Assembly (NCBI GenBank): GCA_035699745.1
Contig: DASSPH010000099.1
Location: 129,841 to 193,840, forward strand
Direction of reading: 5' to 3'
DNA from: Vicinamibacterales bacterium
Lineage (GTDB): Bacteria; Acidobacteriota; Vicinamibacteria; Vicinamibacterales; 2-12-FULL-66-21
Length of the DNA stretch: 64,000 nt
Part shown: positions 1 through 9,744 of the stretch, one piece after another
Position numbering within the stretch: position 1 is the stretch's first letter
Layout: each line of letters starts with the position of its first letter
Notes under the pieces: model-generated
The model's input: only the letters and a program-made list of their open reading frames with translations
The model's database searches: none
Told to the model about the DNA's origin: nothing
Program-made: the position numbers and the translations under genes

Positions 1-832
1 TGCCGGCCGTCGGCACGAACACGTGATCCATGGGCACGCGATAGAACGCGCGCGCCAGCTCCTGCCGGCGCTGCTCGATCGCCGCCGTATAGCCGGCGCG
101 CGCCTGCCGGCCGAGGCCGACCGCGACGCGGCGCCCGGACTCGACGTCGCGCATCTGCACGTAGCCCGCCCCCGCAGGCAGCTCGGTCTCGGACCGGTCC
201 TCGGGCACCACGGCGATGACGTCGTGCCTGGCGGCGAGCAGCGACAGCTCCGGACTGGTCAGCGGCTCGTCGCCGGTGACGAAATCCGAGACGATGAAGA
301 TGACGCTCATCCGCTTCAGCGCGGTGATCAGATGGCGGATCGCGGGCAGCATCAGCGTCTGCCGCGCGGGCGATTTCAGCGCCCAGGCCTGCTCGAGCGC
401 CGTCCACGCCGATTCGCGGGTGCGTTTCGGCGGCGTCGACAGCAGCACCCGATCCGCGAAAGCCAGGAACCCGGCGTTGATCTGGTCCGCGATCGCCGAG
501 AACAGAATCGAGCCCGAGATGTAGGTCAGCGCCTCCCGCTTGGCGTGCGCCGCCGATCCCAGCGTCATCGATCGCGACACGTCCATCACCACCATCACGT
601 TCATCTCGCGCTCGGCGTGGGTGTGCCGCACGAACGGCGCCCCCATGCGCGCGGTCACGTTCCAGTCGATCCGCCGCACGTCGTCGCCAGGGCGGTACGG
701 CTGGTGCTCGTCGAAGTCGAACCCGGGGCCGCGCATCGGACTCTGGTAGGTCCCGACGCGCTGGTTGCGGATCTTGCGGGCGGTCGCCACCTCGATGTAG
801 CGCAGCTCGCGCATGACGTGCTCGGGAATCAT
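1..832 (-). CDS. DUF58 domain protein (partial; C-terminus lies beyond window start), MoxR partner
   Basis: Reverse-strand translation from ATG at 830-832 gives MIPEHVMRELRYIEVATARKIRNQRVGTYQSPMRGPGFDFDEHQPYRPGDDVRRIDWNVTARMGAPFVRH..., the DUF58 hallmark region. The frame stays open to the window edge (>275 codons). It starts 17 nt after the moxR stop. It is absent from the supplied ORF track because no stop codon falls inside the window. Confidence 0.7.
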   Translation of the reverse strand, partial: MIPEHVMRELRYIEVATARKIRNQRVGTYQSPMRGPGFDFDEHQPYRPGDDVRRIDWNVTARMGAPFVRHTHAEREMNVMVVMDVSRSMTLGSAAHAKREALTYISGSILFSAIADQINAGFLAFADRVLLSTPPKRTRESAWTALEQAWALKSPARQTLMLPAIRHLITALKRMSVIFIVSDFVTGDEPLTSPELSLLAARHDVIAVVPEDRSETELPAGAGYVQMRDVESGRRVAVGLGRQARAGYTAAIEQRRQELARAFYRVPMDHVFVPTAG

Positions 833-848
833 CTTCTTCCGATGTTCG

Positions 849-1886
849 TCATGGGATCGGCACCGATCGCAGCAGCTCGTGGACGATCTCGTCGGCGTGG
901 ACGTTCTCCGCCTGCGCCCGCACCGTGCGCGCCAGGCGGTGGCGCGTGGCGTCGGTGAAGACTTCCTTGACGTCCTCCGGCAGCGCCCAGGTGCGGCCGT
1001 GCAGGAACGCGGTCACCCGGGCCAGCGCGAGCAGGTGCTGGTACGAGCGCGGCGAGATGCCGAGCGCGAGCAGCTCGCGCAGATCCCCCCGGCCGACGCT
1101 GCCCGGATCGCGCGTGGCGCGGCCGAGACGGACGATGTACTCGAGGATCTTCGGATCGATGTACACCGCCTGCCCGATGAAGTCGCGCAGCACGGTGACG
1201 TCGGACGGCGAGACGCGGTGCGCGATGCTCTGGCTCATGCGCTTCTGCAGCATCTCGACCTCCTCCCCTTCGCTCGGGTAGCCGACGCGCAGCATCATCG
1301 AGAAGCGATCGAGCTGCGCTTCCGGCAGCGTGTACACCCCCTCCTGCTCGACCGGGTTCTGCGTCGCGAGCACCCAGAACGGGTCGTCGAGCGGGAACGT
1401 GGTGTCGGCGAGCGTGACCTGGCGCTCCTGCATCGCCTCGAGCAGCGCGCTCTGGGTCTTCGGCGTGGCCCGGTTGATCTCGTCCGCGAGCAGGATGTTG
1501 GTGAAGACCGGCCCCTGCTCGATGCGGAAGGTCGCCGATTTCGCGTCGTAGATGCGCGTGCCGATGATGTCCGCCGGCAGCAGGTCCGGGGTCAGCTGGA
1601 CGCGCTGGAACCGCGCCGAGATCGCCTTGGCGATCGTCGTCGCCGTCAGCGTCTTGGCGACGCCGGGCACGCCTTCCAGCAGCAGGTGCCCGCAGCCGGT
1701 GCGGGCGCGCCCCTCCGAGACCGCGAAGGGAATCGCCGCGAACAGCGCCGTCAGCATCCGCCGGATCAGCACGTGCTGTCCGACGATCACCTTGCCGATC
1801 TCCTGCTCGAGACCGGTGACGATCTCCGCCGCCGTCTGTGCGTTCAACAAGGTCTGTTCCGTCATCTGATCGCCATCGGGGGTCAT
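849..1886 (-). CDS. moxR: MoxR-family AAA+ ATPase
   Basis: 345 aa. Walker A GVPGVAKT, LLADEINRATPKTQSALLEAMQERQVT and sensor region VLATQNPVEQEGVYTLPEAQLDRF are diagnostic of MoxR/RavA-type AAA+ proteins. Confidence 0.9.
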   Translation of the reverse strand: MTPDGDQMTEQTLLNAQTAAEIVTGLEQEIGKVIVGQHVLIRRMLTALFAAIPFAVSEGRARTGCGHLLLEGVPGVAKTLTATTIAKAISARFQRVQLTPDLLPADIIGTRIYDAKSATFRIEQGPVFTNILLADEINRATPKTQSALLEAMQERQVTLADTTFPLDDPFWVLATQNPVEQEGVYTLPEAQLDRFSMMLRVGYPSEGEEVEMLQKRMSQSIAHRVSPSDVTVLRDFIGQAVYIDPKILEYIVRLGRATRDPGSVGRGDLRELLALGISPRSYQHLLALARVTAFLHGRTWALPEDVKEVFTDATRHRLARTVRAQAENVHADEIVHELLRSVPIP

Positions 1887-2872
1887 AAGAGCAGCCAGAG
1901 GCCGGCGATGCCGAACGCCGCGAGCGCCAGCGCAGCGGGAAACAGGTCGCGATACTCGGTGGTGGTGCGGTAGCCGACCAGCGTGCGCTCTCCGGCCTCG
2001 ATCTCGTGGAGCGCCCTGGCGAGATCGCCGCCGCTGCGCGATCGCAGGTAGCGCCCGCCGGTCGCGGCCGCGAGATCGCGCAGCATCGACTCTTCGAAGC
2101 GGGTGCGGACGATGCGGCCCCCCTCGTCGCGGAGCGGAATCTCGCGGCCGTCCGGCAGCAGTTCGGGGACCGGCACCTCGTTGTCCGACCCGATGCCGAT
2201 GGTGTTCACGTGGTGCCCCTCCTGGCGGTAGACGCCGAGCTGGCGGTTGACTTCGCCGCCGTAGTCCTCGCCGTCGGAGAGCAGCACGAAGATCTTGCGG
2301 GTCCGCCGATCGTCCTTGCGGGCGACCTCCAGCGCGTTGCGCAGCGCCGCGCCGATGTTGGTGCCCATCAGGTTCTGCGGATCGTTCTCGATCCAGTCCA
2401 GATAGAACGCCACGGTGTCGAGGTCGCGCGTCAGGTACGACAGGATCAGCGAGCTCCCGGCGAAGCCGACCAGCCCCACGCGATCGATGTTCTCGGGCTT
2501 GTCCTTGAGGAACGTGCGGATCTCCTGGGTGGCGCGCGAGAACCGCGACGGCGCGACGTCACGCGCCCGCATCGAGGCCGAGCGGTCGAGCATGATGATG
2601 AGATCTTCACGCTCGTACTGCGGCGTGCGGATGCTGAGCGGCGCCTGCGGCCGGACCAGCGCGAACACCAGCGCGCCGCCGGCGATCGCCGCCAGCAGCA
2701 GCGCGCCCGCTTCTCTCTTCCAGGTGGATCGCCGCGACAGCGGCCTGAAGCGCGCCGCGATCGGCGACAGCCGACGCTGCCGCTGCAGGTAGAGAAACCG
2801 GACGGTCAGTGCCGCGAGCAGCACCGGGAGGATCTGCCACCACGTCGCGAGCTCCGGCCGGAGGACGCGCAC
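1883..2872 (-). CDS. VWA domain protein (BatA-like) with N-terminal TM segments
   Basis: 329 aa. MIDAS-like motif IIMLDRSASM...LVGFAGSS...LLSDGEDY; two hydrophobic helices at the N-terminus. Overlaps the moxR start by 4 nt. Confidence 0.85.
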   Translation of the reverse strand: MRVLRPELATWWQILPVLLAALTVRFLYLQRQRRLSPIAARFRPLSRRSTWKREAGALLLAAIAGGALVFALVRPQAPLSIRTPQYEREDLIIMLDRSASMRARDVAPSRFSRATQEIRTFLKDKPENIDRVGLVGFAGSSLILSYLTRDLDTVAFYLDWIENDPQNLMGTNIGAALRNALEVARKDDRRTRKIFVLLSDGEDYGGEVNRQLGVYRQEGHHVNTIGIGSDNEVPVPELLPDGREIPLRDEGGRIVRTRFEESMLRDLAAATGGRYLRSRSGGDLARALHEIEAGERTLVGYRTTTEYRDLFPAALALAAFGIAGLWLLL

Positions 2873-2873
2873 G

Positions 2874-3446
2874 CTAGCCGGTGCGCCGCGGAGTCTTGCT
2901 GCCGGGCGTGGGCGGCCGCAGCAGCTGCATCAACTGCCTGGGCGGAGTGTTCGGCTGCTTGCGCAGCTCGGCGGACAGCCGCGACGTCAGCTCGAAGTTG
3001 TACTTGGTGTCCCAGTCGCCGGGCGCGGCTTCGACCGCCTGGCGAAACTCCTCTTCGGCGCGGCTCAGCCAGCCGAGCCGCGCCTCGGGCTTCTCTTCGA
3101 CGCTCGCCTTCTGGAAGAATGCGCAGGCCGACCAGAAGTGGGGCGCCGCGTCGGCCGGCGCCTTCTGCGCCAGGTCGATCACCTCGTCGAAGCGCTGCAG
3201 CCGATAGAGCGCCCAGAGGTGGTTCGAGACGACGCGCGCGTGCTCGCGCGGCACCATCTGCTTGACCGCGGGCAGCGCCTCGAACCGCGCTTCCGCGATC
3301 TGATAGTTCGCCACCGCCGACTGCAGCTCGCCGTTCGCCAGATCGCGATCCGCGGCGCCGATCGCGCCCGACCAGCGTGCGTAGCCGAGCAGCGCCAGTC
3401 CCGTGGCGAGCAGAATCACGACGACCGTGGACCCGAGGACCTTCAT
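2874..3446 (-). CDS. TPR-like membrane-anchored protein (BatC-like)
   Basis: 190 aa. N-terminal hydrophobic anchor, then helical repeat region (ANYQIAEARFEAL..., HFWSACAFFQKAS...). Lies 1 nt upstream of the VWA gene. Confidence 0.55.
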   Translation of the reverse strand: MKVLGSTVVVILLATGLALLGYARWSGAIGAADRDLANGELQSAVANYQIAEARFEALPAVKQMVPREHARVVSNHLWALYRLQRFDEVIDLAQKAPADAAPHFWSACAFFQKASVEEKPEARLGWLSRAEEEFRQAVEAAPGDWDTKYNFELTSRLSAELRKQPNTPPRQLMQLLRPPTPGSKTPRRTG

Positions 3447-3462
3447 GGGAGGAACGACGATT

Positions 3463-6317
3463 CTACCGTGACGCGGGCGCCGCCGCCTTCGGAACTTTGC
3501 CGAGGCTGATCAGATTCGCCATCAGCTGGTAGGCGCCGACGGTGCCGTACGGGAGCTGGCGCCAGAGACCCAGCCCGACATACAGCCACCGGCCCTTGCC
3601 AAACCGCGCTTCGACAAGCGCCCCGCCTTTCGTCCCAGGGTTGTACTCGAACGGATCCTGGAGCTGGACGAGGTCCTTGTATTGCGCGTCCTTCTCGCCG
3701 AGGAAGTAGAGGCCGCGCTCCTGCACCCAGCCGTCCCAGGCATCCTGCCGGATGCGGTTCGGGTAGGTGAACGCGTGGTGCTCCTTCTCGAGGATCTGCA
3801 CCGGCGCGGTCTCGTCGGTGACGCGGTTGCTGCTGACCAGCGCCGGATAGGGACCGTACTGCGCCTGGTTGAACTCCGCCGTCTTGTTGTACTGGACGAT
3901 CAGCGTGCCGCCGTCCTGCACGTACTTGATCAGGCGGTGGTTGTAGGCCTTGAGATCCTCGCGGCGCTCGTAGGCGCGAATGCCCAGCATGATCGTGTCG
4001 AACCGCGACAGGTTGCCGTAGGCGAGCTCGTCGCTGTCGATCATCGTCACCCGCACGCCGAGCTGATCGAGCGCCTGCGGCACGAGATCGCCGACGCCCA
4101 TCACATATCCCATGCGGATGTTCGGCGCGACGCCGACGTCCACGACCTTCACCGTCGTCGCCGCCGGGATCACCTTGTGCCGCCGCTGGATGTGCGGGTA
4201 CTCGATCACCTGGTACCCCTCGGTGAACTGCTCGGCGCCGGTGAGGTCGGGCGCCTTCGCCCCGGTGGCGCGCGCCTTCAGCGCGAACTGCCCCGGCGCG
4301 GGCCCGGCGGGCGGCGTCACCGTGAAGCGCACCGTGCTGGTCTCCCCTTCCGCCGAGAGCGAGATCGGCGCGGAGGCCGGCGCGACCCGCCAGCCGGCCG
4401 GAACCTCGAGCGCGATGCTGGCGGTCGCCGCCCCCTTGGTGTTGTTCTCGACCGTGACACGCACGTCCTTGCGCCGATCGACGCCCGCCGCGACCTTCAC
4501 CGGGACGATCATCACGTTCGGGGAGACGGTCAGCGACAGGCCGGGCACGACCTTCAGCTCCATGCGCTTCTCGCCCGTCGCGAGATCGCCGGCGTAGCGA
4601 TACTGCACCGGCATCTCGTGCGTCACGCCGACCCCCTTGACGTCGAACTCGAACTGCGCGCGGAACGGCGTCGGCCGGAACGGCAGTCCGTACGGCGAAT
4701 CCGGCTCCAGCTCGGCGCGCCCGGACTCGGGCAGCCGGACCCAGTACGGGTTGGTCAGCTTCGCGTTCGCCGGGATCCTGACGTCGGACGCGCAGGAGAA
4801 CGCCGGCGCGCTGCGCAGCGGACCGAGGTTCTGGCACGCCGCGCCGCCGTCGAAGCCGGTGAGCGTGACGCTCTTGATCGAGGCGCCTTCCGGTCCGCGA
4901 TTCGCGACGCTGGTGGTGACGCGAACCGGCTGATTCCCCATCACGATCCCGTCGTCCGCAATCGCGTCGATGCGAAGTCCCTGCGCCAGGACGATCGCCT
5001 GCTGGTACTGCTGCTCCTTCTGCGCCAGGCGGAAGTCGATCTCGTACCTCGCGAGGTCGCCCAGGCCCATCCCGCCGAGCCCCGACCGCAGCGCCCGCAC
5101 CGCGGTCAACCCCTGCAGCAGCGAAGGCAGCGTCACCGACGGATCCTGCGAGCCCATGAACGCCTTCTGCGCGTCGAGGCCGTGATTGGTGATCTGCGCC
5201 AGTCCCTCGCGCAGACCCGCCGGGGCGTTCGCGCCGGCGTACTGGGAGAGGCTGGCAAGCGTGGTGTCGATCCCCTCGAACAGCGACGTCTCGTCCTTGT
5301 TCCTCTGCGACTCGATCGTCGTCAGCGCCAGGCGGTAGCGCGCGCCGCTGGCGCCGCCGAAGTTCTGAATCGGCGACCGCCCCTGGCACTTGTGCATGCT
5401 CGCGGCCACGCTGCCGACCTCGCCGATCGTGCAGCCGATCAGCGGGTCGTACATCGACGTGTCGATGGTCGCGTACTTCGCGTTGGGATCCGGTGGAGGT
5501 GGAGCCGGGAGATCACCGCCAGCCGGCGGCTGTCCCGCCGCAGCCCGACCCTGGCCGGCGGGCGGAGGCGGACCGCCCCGTCCTCGTCCGCGTCCCCCAG
5601 GCCCGCCGGGCCCGCCCAGCCGGCCGCCGAATCCACCGCCGCCCGGCTGATACAGCTTCTTGATCTGCCAGGGGCGCAGTCCTTCTTTCAGCTGCTCCGG
5701 ATACTTCGTGGGATCGGCCGCCGCGGCGAACGCTTCCGCGGTGAGCGTCGCCGACACCATGTGGTGCTGCCCGCCGCCGGTCCCCGTCGGGTTCAAGGTG
5801 ACGACCACGTCGGGGCGGATCGTGCGGATCATGCGCACGAAGTCGCCGAGGATCTCGTCGTGCCCCCACTTCTGGAGCGTCTCCTGCGGGCTGAACGAGA
5901 AGCCGAAGTCGACGGCGCGCGTGAAGTACTGCTCCGCCCCGTCCCAGCGGTGCGCCTGCAGCAGTTCCTCGGTGCGCAGCACGCCGATGGCGTCGAACAG
6001 CTCCGGGCCGATCTCGTTCTGGCCGCCGTCGCCGCGCGTCGCGGTCAGCAGCGCGACGCGCATGCCCTGGCCGCGTGCGTGGAGGGCGAGGATCCCGGTG
6101 TTCTCGTCGTCGGGATGCGCCGTGGTGTGCATGAAGGTGCCGACGGTGGTGAGCCGCCGCAGCGCCAGGCCGAGCCCCACCTGCCCTCGTGCGTCCGTCA
6201 GCGGCTCGACGAAGAACTGCGGCGAGCGCTGCTGCGCTCTCGCACCGAAAGCCAGTGCCGAGACGGAAAGGGCCAGGACGCCCGACGCCAGAACGGACCG
6301 GGGAGCTTTCATGAGCA
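3463..6317 (-). CDS. PIG-L/LmbE-family deacetylase fused to a C-terminal ThuA/GATase1-like domain, with signal peptide
   Basis: True start MLMKAPRSVLASGVLALSVSALAFGA at 6317; the track merges it into a spurious 1985-aa ORF (3463..9420). Contains the HTTAHPDDE motif of PIG-L deacetylases. The C-terminal 250 aa (MGYVMGVGDLVPQALDQLGVRVTMIDSDEL...LIVQYNK) resemble the ThuA/class-I amidotransferase-like fold. A Gly/Pro-rich linker lies in the middle. Confidence 0.75.
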
Positions 6318-6320
6318 TGC

Positions 6321-9257
6321 CTAGAACGCGAACTTGAACCCGAGCTGGAACTTCCGCTGCTCGTAGCCGTTCAGCGGCAGGAAGTCCTTGCCTTCGGCCG
6401 GCAGGCTGGTCAGGGACGAGACGACGGTGCCGAACACCAGCGGCGAGAGCACGTTGCCGGCGGTGTCGACGTTGACGCCGTTGCGGACGCCCGAGGTCTG
6501 CACGATGTTGAAGATGTTCTTGAACTCGCCGAGGATCTCGACGCGGCGGGTGCCGCCCAGCGGAATGAACCGCGACAGCCTCGCGTCGACGTTCCACCGC
6601 GCCGGCAGATAGTACGAATTGCGTCCGACGTTCAGCGGTCGATCGTTGTTGTTGCCATCGCCGTTGAGGTCGCGGTTGCCGGTCAGCGTGAACGGCAGCC
6701 CGCTGTTGAACTGCAGGATGACGCCGACCTGGTTGTCGCTGAGCAGCCGGCGCAGCGCGCCCGGGCCGCGGGTGACGCGCGACATCGCGACGATGCTGCC
6801 GTTGAACGAGTGGCGCGTGTCGAGGGCGTTCGGACCCTTGTCCCGCTCGAGGTTCTGCGGATCGGAGCGCGGCTGATCGCCCTGGACCGACAGCGTGGCG
6901 CCCGCGAGCGGCGCCGTGTCGATGCCCTTGCCGAGCGTGTAGTTCAAGTCCCACTGCACGCCGCTGGCCGAGCGCTTGCCGAAGGTGAGCAGCAGCGCCT
7001 TGTAGGTCGACTCGCCCGGCGACTGGACGACGTTGATGTTGTTGAACCGCGGATCGAGGCGCGTGCCGGCGTTGACCGTCGTGCTGTAGATGCCGCGGCC
7101 GTCCGCCAGCGTGCCGATCGGGTTGATCGGATTGATATTGGTGATGACCGGCAGGTTGTAGCCGCGGTTGTAGACCACGCCGATCGAGCCGTTGTACGCC
7201 TTGCCAAACCCGCGCGCGTACTGCGCGCTGTTCTGGATGTTGTAGGCCAGCTCGAGATCCGGATCGGGCGCGAAGATCGACTGCGCCGGGAGCACCGCGC
7301 CGGCCGGCAGGTTCGACAGCGTGCCCGGGAACGCCGGCGCGCCGATGCCCGTCGCCGCCACCGAATACGTCGTCCGGGCCGGCAGGCCGTTCTGCTGGAT
7401 CGCGTTCTCGTAGACGGCGAGCAGCGGCTGGTCGTACATGATGCCGGTGCTGGCGCGCACGACCTGGTCCTTCTTCTCGCCGAGCGTCCACGCGACGCCG
7501 AGGCGCGGCCCCCACTGGTGGGTGTGATCCTTGAAGCTTCGCGAGTACGCAAACGGCGCGCTGCCGTTCGCCTCCGGGTAGAAGTAGGAGTCGTAGCGGA
7601 CGCCGTAGAGGACCTTCAGATCCGACGTGAGCCGCCAGTCGTCCTGCCAGAACGCGCTGAACAGCTGACTGTTCATCTTGAAGTTCGGATCGCCGATCAC
7701 CTGCGCGAACGTGGTGTAGCCGCGCGGATTGGTGCCGTTCACGGCCGCCAGATAGGCCGCCACCGTCGGGAACGTGTAGGTCGTCGTCAGCGCCACCGCG
7801 CGCGTATCGGCGACGAACTGGTAGTCGATCCCCGCCTTGAAGCTGTGGCGCCCGCGGATCAGCGTGAAGTTGTCGAGCACCTGCGTGATCCCCTGGACGA
7901 AGTCTTCGCCGTCCGACGTCGGGCGCCCGAAGTTGATCGCGTTGCTGATGTTCACCGAGATGCCGGTTGGCGCCCCTTCGTGCGCGGTGCGCGACTGATG
8001 CCGCCGCGCGTACTGCACCCGGAGCTCGTTCAGCCGGTTGGCGCCCCAGTTCGACACGAACTGCGCCGCCGTCGAGCTCATGCGATCGGCGAAGTCGAAG
8101 CCGCGCTCGATCGCCGTGATGCCGCCGGCGCCGCCGTTGTACGGATTGTTGTTGGAGAACAGATTGGTGCGGAGGGTCAGCCGGTGTCCCGCGGCGAGCT
8201 GCGCGTCGATCTTGCCCAGGAAGAACCGCACGTTCTGATACGCCGGCACCGAGTTCGGCTGCGCCGGCAGCCCCACCTGCGCCACCAGCGCCGGCGTGAA
8301 GGTGAAGGTATTGGTCATGTCGCGGTACGTCCGCTCGAACCCGGCGTAGTAATGCACGCGATCCCGGACGACCGGCCCGCCCGACGACGCGGTGACCGTA
8401 TTGACGACGTCTTTCGGCTTGTTCTCGGCGGTCCGCGGGGTGATCGTGGTGTAGAAGGGATAGGCGCTGAACGGCGTGCGGCGGAAGCGGTAGCTCACGT
8501 CGCCGCGCAGCCTGTTCGTGCCCGACGGCGTGATCGCGTTGTAGACCAGCCCCATCGTCTGGCCGAATTCCGGCGCGTAGCCGCTGGTCGTGACCTTGAC
8601 TTCGCCGATGGCGACCTCCGACATCGGCATCAGGCGCAGCCCGGCGCGGTCCTTCTGCGTGTTGGTGTTGCCGTCCATCTGATAATTGATGCGCAGCAGC
8701 GAGCCGTTGGCGCTGAAGCGCGGCACGCCGAACTCGGAGTTCTCGAGGCCGCTGACGCCGGGCTGCAGCAGCGCGAAGTTGTACGGGTTGCGCGACACCA
8801 GCGGCAGATTGTGGATCTCGCGCTCGTTCAGATTGCGCCCCACGTCGATCTTGCCGAGATCGACGACCGCGGCCTCCGACTGCACCGAGACGACCTCGGT
8901 GATCCCGCCGATCTCCATCTTGATGTTGACGACCGCCGCCGCGCCCGCGGTGATCGGGATGCCGGTCTGCTCGTGCTTCTTGAAGCCGGCGAGTTCGGCC
9001 GCCACCGTATACGCGCCGAGCGGCAGGAGCGGCGCGCGATAGAGCCCGTTCGCGTCCGTGACGACGACGCGCTCGGCGCCGGTGTCGGTGTTGCGGATCG
9101 TGACGGTGACGCCGGGAAGCAGTCCGCCGGATGCATCGGTAATGGTCCCCTCGATGGTGCCGTTCACGGCCTGCGACTGCGCGCCGGCGGTGCCCGCCAG
9201 CATGAGCAGCGACAGGACCAGCACGGCCACTCGACGTGTTCCGCCTGCGACGTTCAT
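6321..9257 (-). CDS. TonB-dependent outer-membrane receptor with N-terminal carboxypeptidase-regulatory-like domain
   Basis: 978 aa. Signal peptide; N-terminus GTIEGTITDASGGLLPGVTVTIRNTDTGAERVVVTDANGLYR (CarbopepD_reg-like); plug/barrel-like body; C-terminal aromatic terminus ...GFKFAF. Stop at 6321-6323, 1 nt before the start of the deacetylase gene. Confidence 0.85.
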   Translation of the reverse strand: MNVAGGTRRVAVLVLSLLMLAGTAGAQSQAVNGTIEGTITDASGGLLPGVTVTIRNTDTGAERVVVTDANGLYRAPLLPLGAYTVAAELAGFKKHEQTGIPITAGAAAVVNIKMEIGGITEVVSVQSEAAVVDLGKIDVGRNLNEREIHNLPLVSRNPYNFALLQPGVSGLENSEFGVPRFSANGSLLRINYQMDGNTNTQKDRAGLRLMPMSEVAIGEVKVTTSGYAPEFGQTMGLVYNAITPSGTNRLRGDVSYRFRRTPFSAYPFYTTITPRTAENKPKDVVNTVTASSGGPVVRDRVHYYAGFERTYRDMTNTFTFTPALVAQVGLPAQPNSVPAYQNVRFFLGKIDAQLAAGHRLTLRTNLFSNNNPYNGGAGGITAIERGFDFADRMSSTAAQFVSNWGANRLNELRVQYARRHQSRTAHEGAPTGISVNISNAINFGRPTSDGEDFVQGITQVLDNFTLIRGRHSFKAGIDYQFVADTRAVALTTTYTFPTVAAYLAAVNGTNPRGYTTFAQVIGDPNFKMNSQLFSAFWQDDWRLTSDLKVLYGVRYDSYFYPEANGSAPFAYSRSFKDHTHQWGPRLGVAWTLGEKKDQVVRASTGIMYDQPLLAVYENAIQQNGLPARTTYSVAATGIGAPAFPGTLSNLPAGAVLPAQSIFAPDPDLELAYNIQNSAQYARGFGKAYNGSIGVVYNRGYNLPVITNINPINPIGTLADGRGIYSTTVNAGTRLDPRFNNINVVQSPGESTYKALLLTFGKRSASGVQWDLNYTLGKGIDTAPLAGATLSVQGDQPRSDPQNLERDKGPNALDTRHSFNGSIVAMSRVTRGPGALRRLLSDNQVGVILQFNSGLPFTLTGNRDLNGDGNNNDRPLNVGRNSYYLPARWNVDARLSRFIPLGGTRRVEILGEFKNIFNIVQTSGVRNGVNVDTAGNVLSPLVFGTVVSSLTSLPAEGKDFLPLNGYEQRKFQLGFKFAF

Positions 9258-9445
9258 TCGTCCTCCCGATATCCGGAATGGGTGTGCCGCCCGTTACGAC
9301 CACTCGCGGCGAATTGTTTACCCTTTTTCGCGAGCCCCGGCGCGCCGCGGTGCACGCGCGCGGTGGACGAACGGTCCGAATTCGAGAGTGTAGTCGATGC
9401 GCGGCGCGCACGGGGCGCAATCGCGGGGCAGGAACCAGAAGGAAG

Positions 9446-9473
9446 GCGGCGACGCACGCATTGCGCGTCGCCC
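9446..9473 (-). terminator. GC-rich imperfect palindrome downstream of the small lipoprotein ORF (putative terminator hairpin)
   Basis: GGCGACGCACGC-ATT-GCGCGTCGCC, about 35 nt 3' of the 9511 stop on the minus strand, followed on that strand by CCTTCCTTCTGGTT. No clean U-tract. Confidence 0.3.
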
Positions 9474-9510
9474 GGAGTCGACGATGCGGCGGGTGATCCC
9501 GCGGACCGCG

Positions 9511-9669
9511 TCAGCGGCGCAGCAGCGCGACGATGCCGACGACGACGACCGCCGCGATGACGATGCCGACCCAGAAGCCGGCCTTGAAGATCCCGCCGAC
9601 CACCTCGCAGCCGGCCAGCGAAACGGCCAGCAGCACGACGAGCAGCAAACGAGCGCTATAACTCAACAT
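9511..9669 (-). CDS. Small lipoprotein (52 aa), entericidin-like architecture
   Basis: MLSYSARLLLVVLLAVSLAGCEVVGGIFKAGFWVGIVIAAVVVVGIVALLRR. Lipobox L-A-G-C, then an amphipathic/hydrophobic C-terminal helix. Below the 60-aa cutoff of the supplied ORF track. Lies in the divergent intergenic region between the TonB receptor and the DUF2071 gene. Confidence 0.4.
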   Translation of the reverse strand: MLSYSARLLLVVLLAVSLAGCEVVGGIFKAGFWVGIVIAAVVVVGIVALLRR

Positions 9670-9744
9670 TGCAGCACCATCCCCGCTCCGGTTCTTTCAC
9701 GACTCGTGCCGTGGCGGGCGCGCCGTTTGCGTCCGGACACACCG

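Noticed and set aside
3463-9420. 1985-aa ORF in the six-frame track
   Set aside because: The N-terminal 1030 codons are an Arg/His/Gly-rich alternate-frame readthrough of the TonB receptor gene. The real genes are 6321..9257 and 3463..6317.
3443-9560. Long antisense or alternate-frame ORFs (for example 3443..5389, 3682..6324, 6810..9560, 6944..7552)
   Set aside because: Arg/Ala/Pro-rich composition typical of non-coding frames in 70% GC DNA. They overlap well-supported genes.
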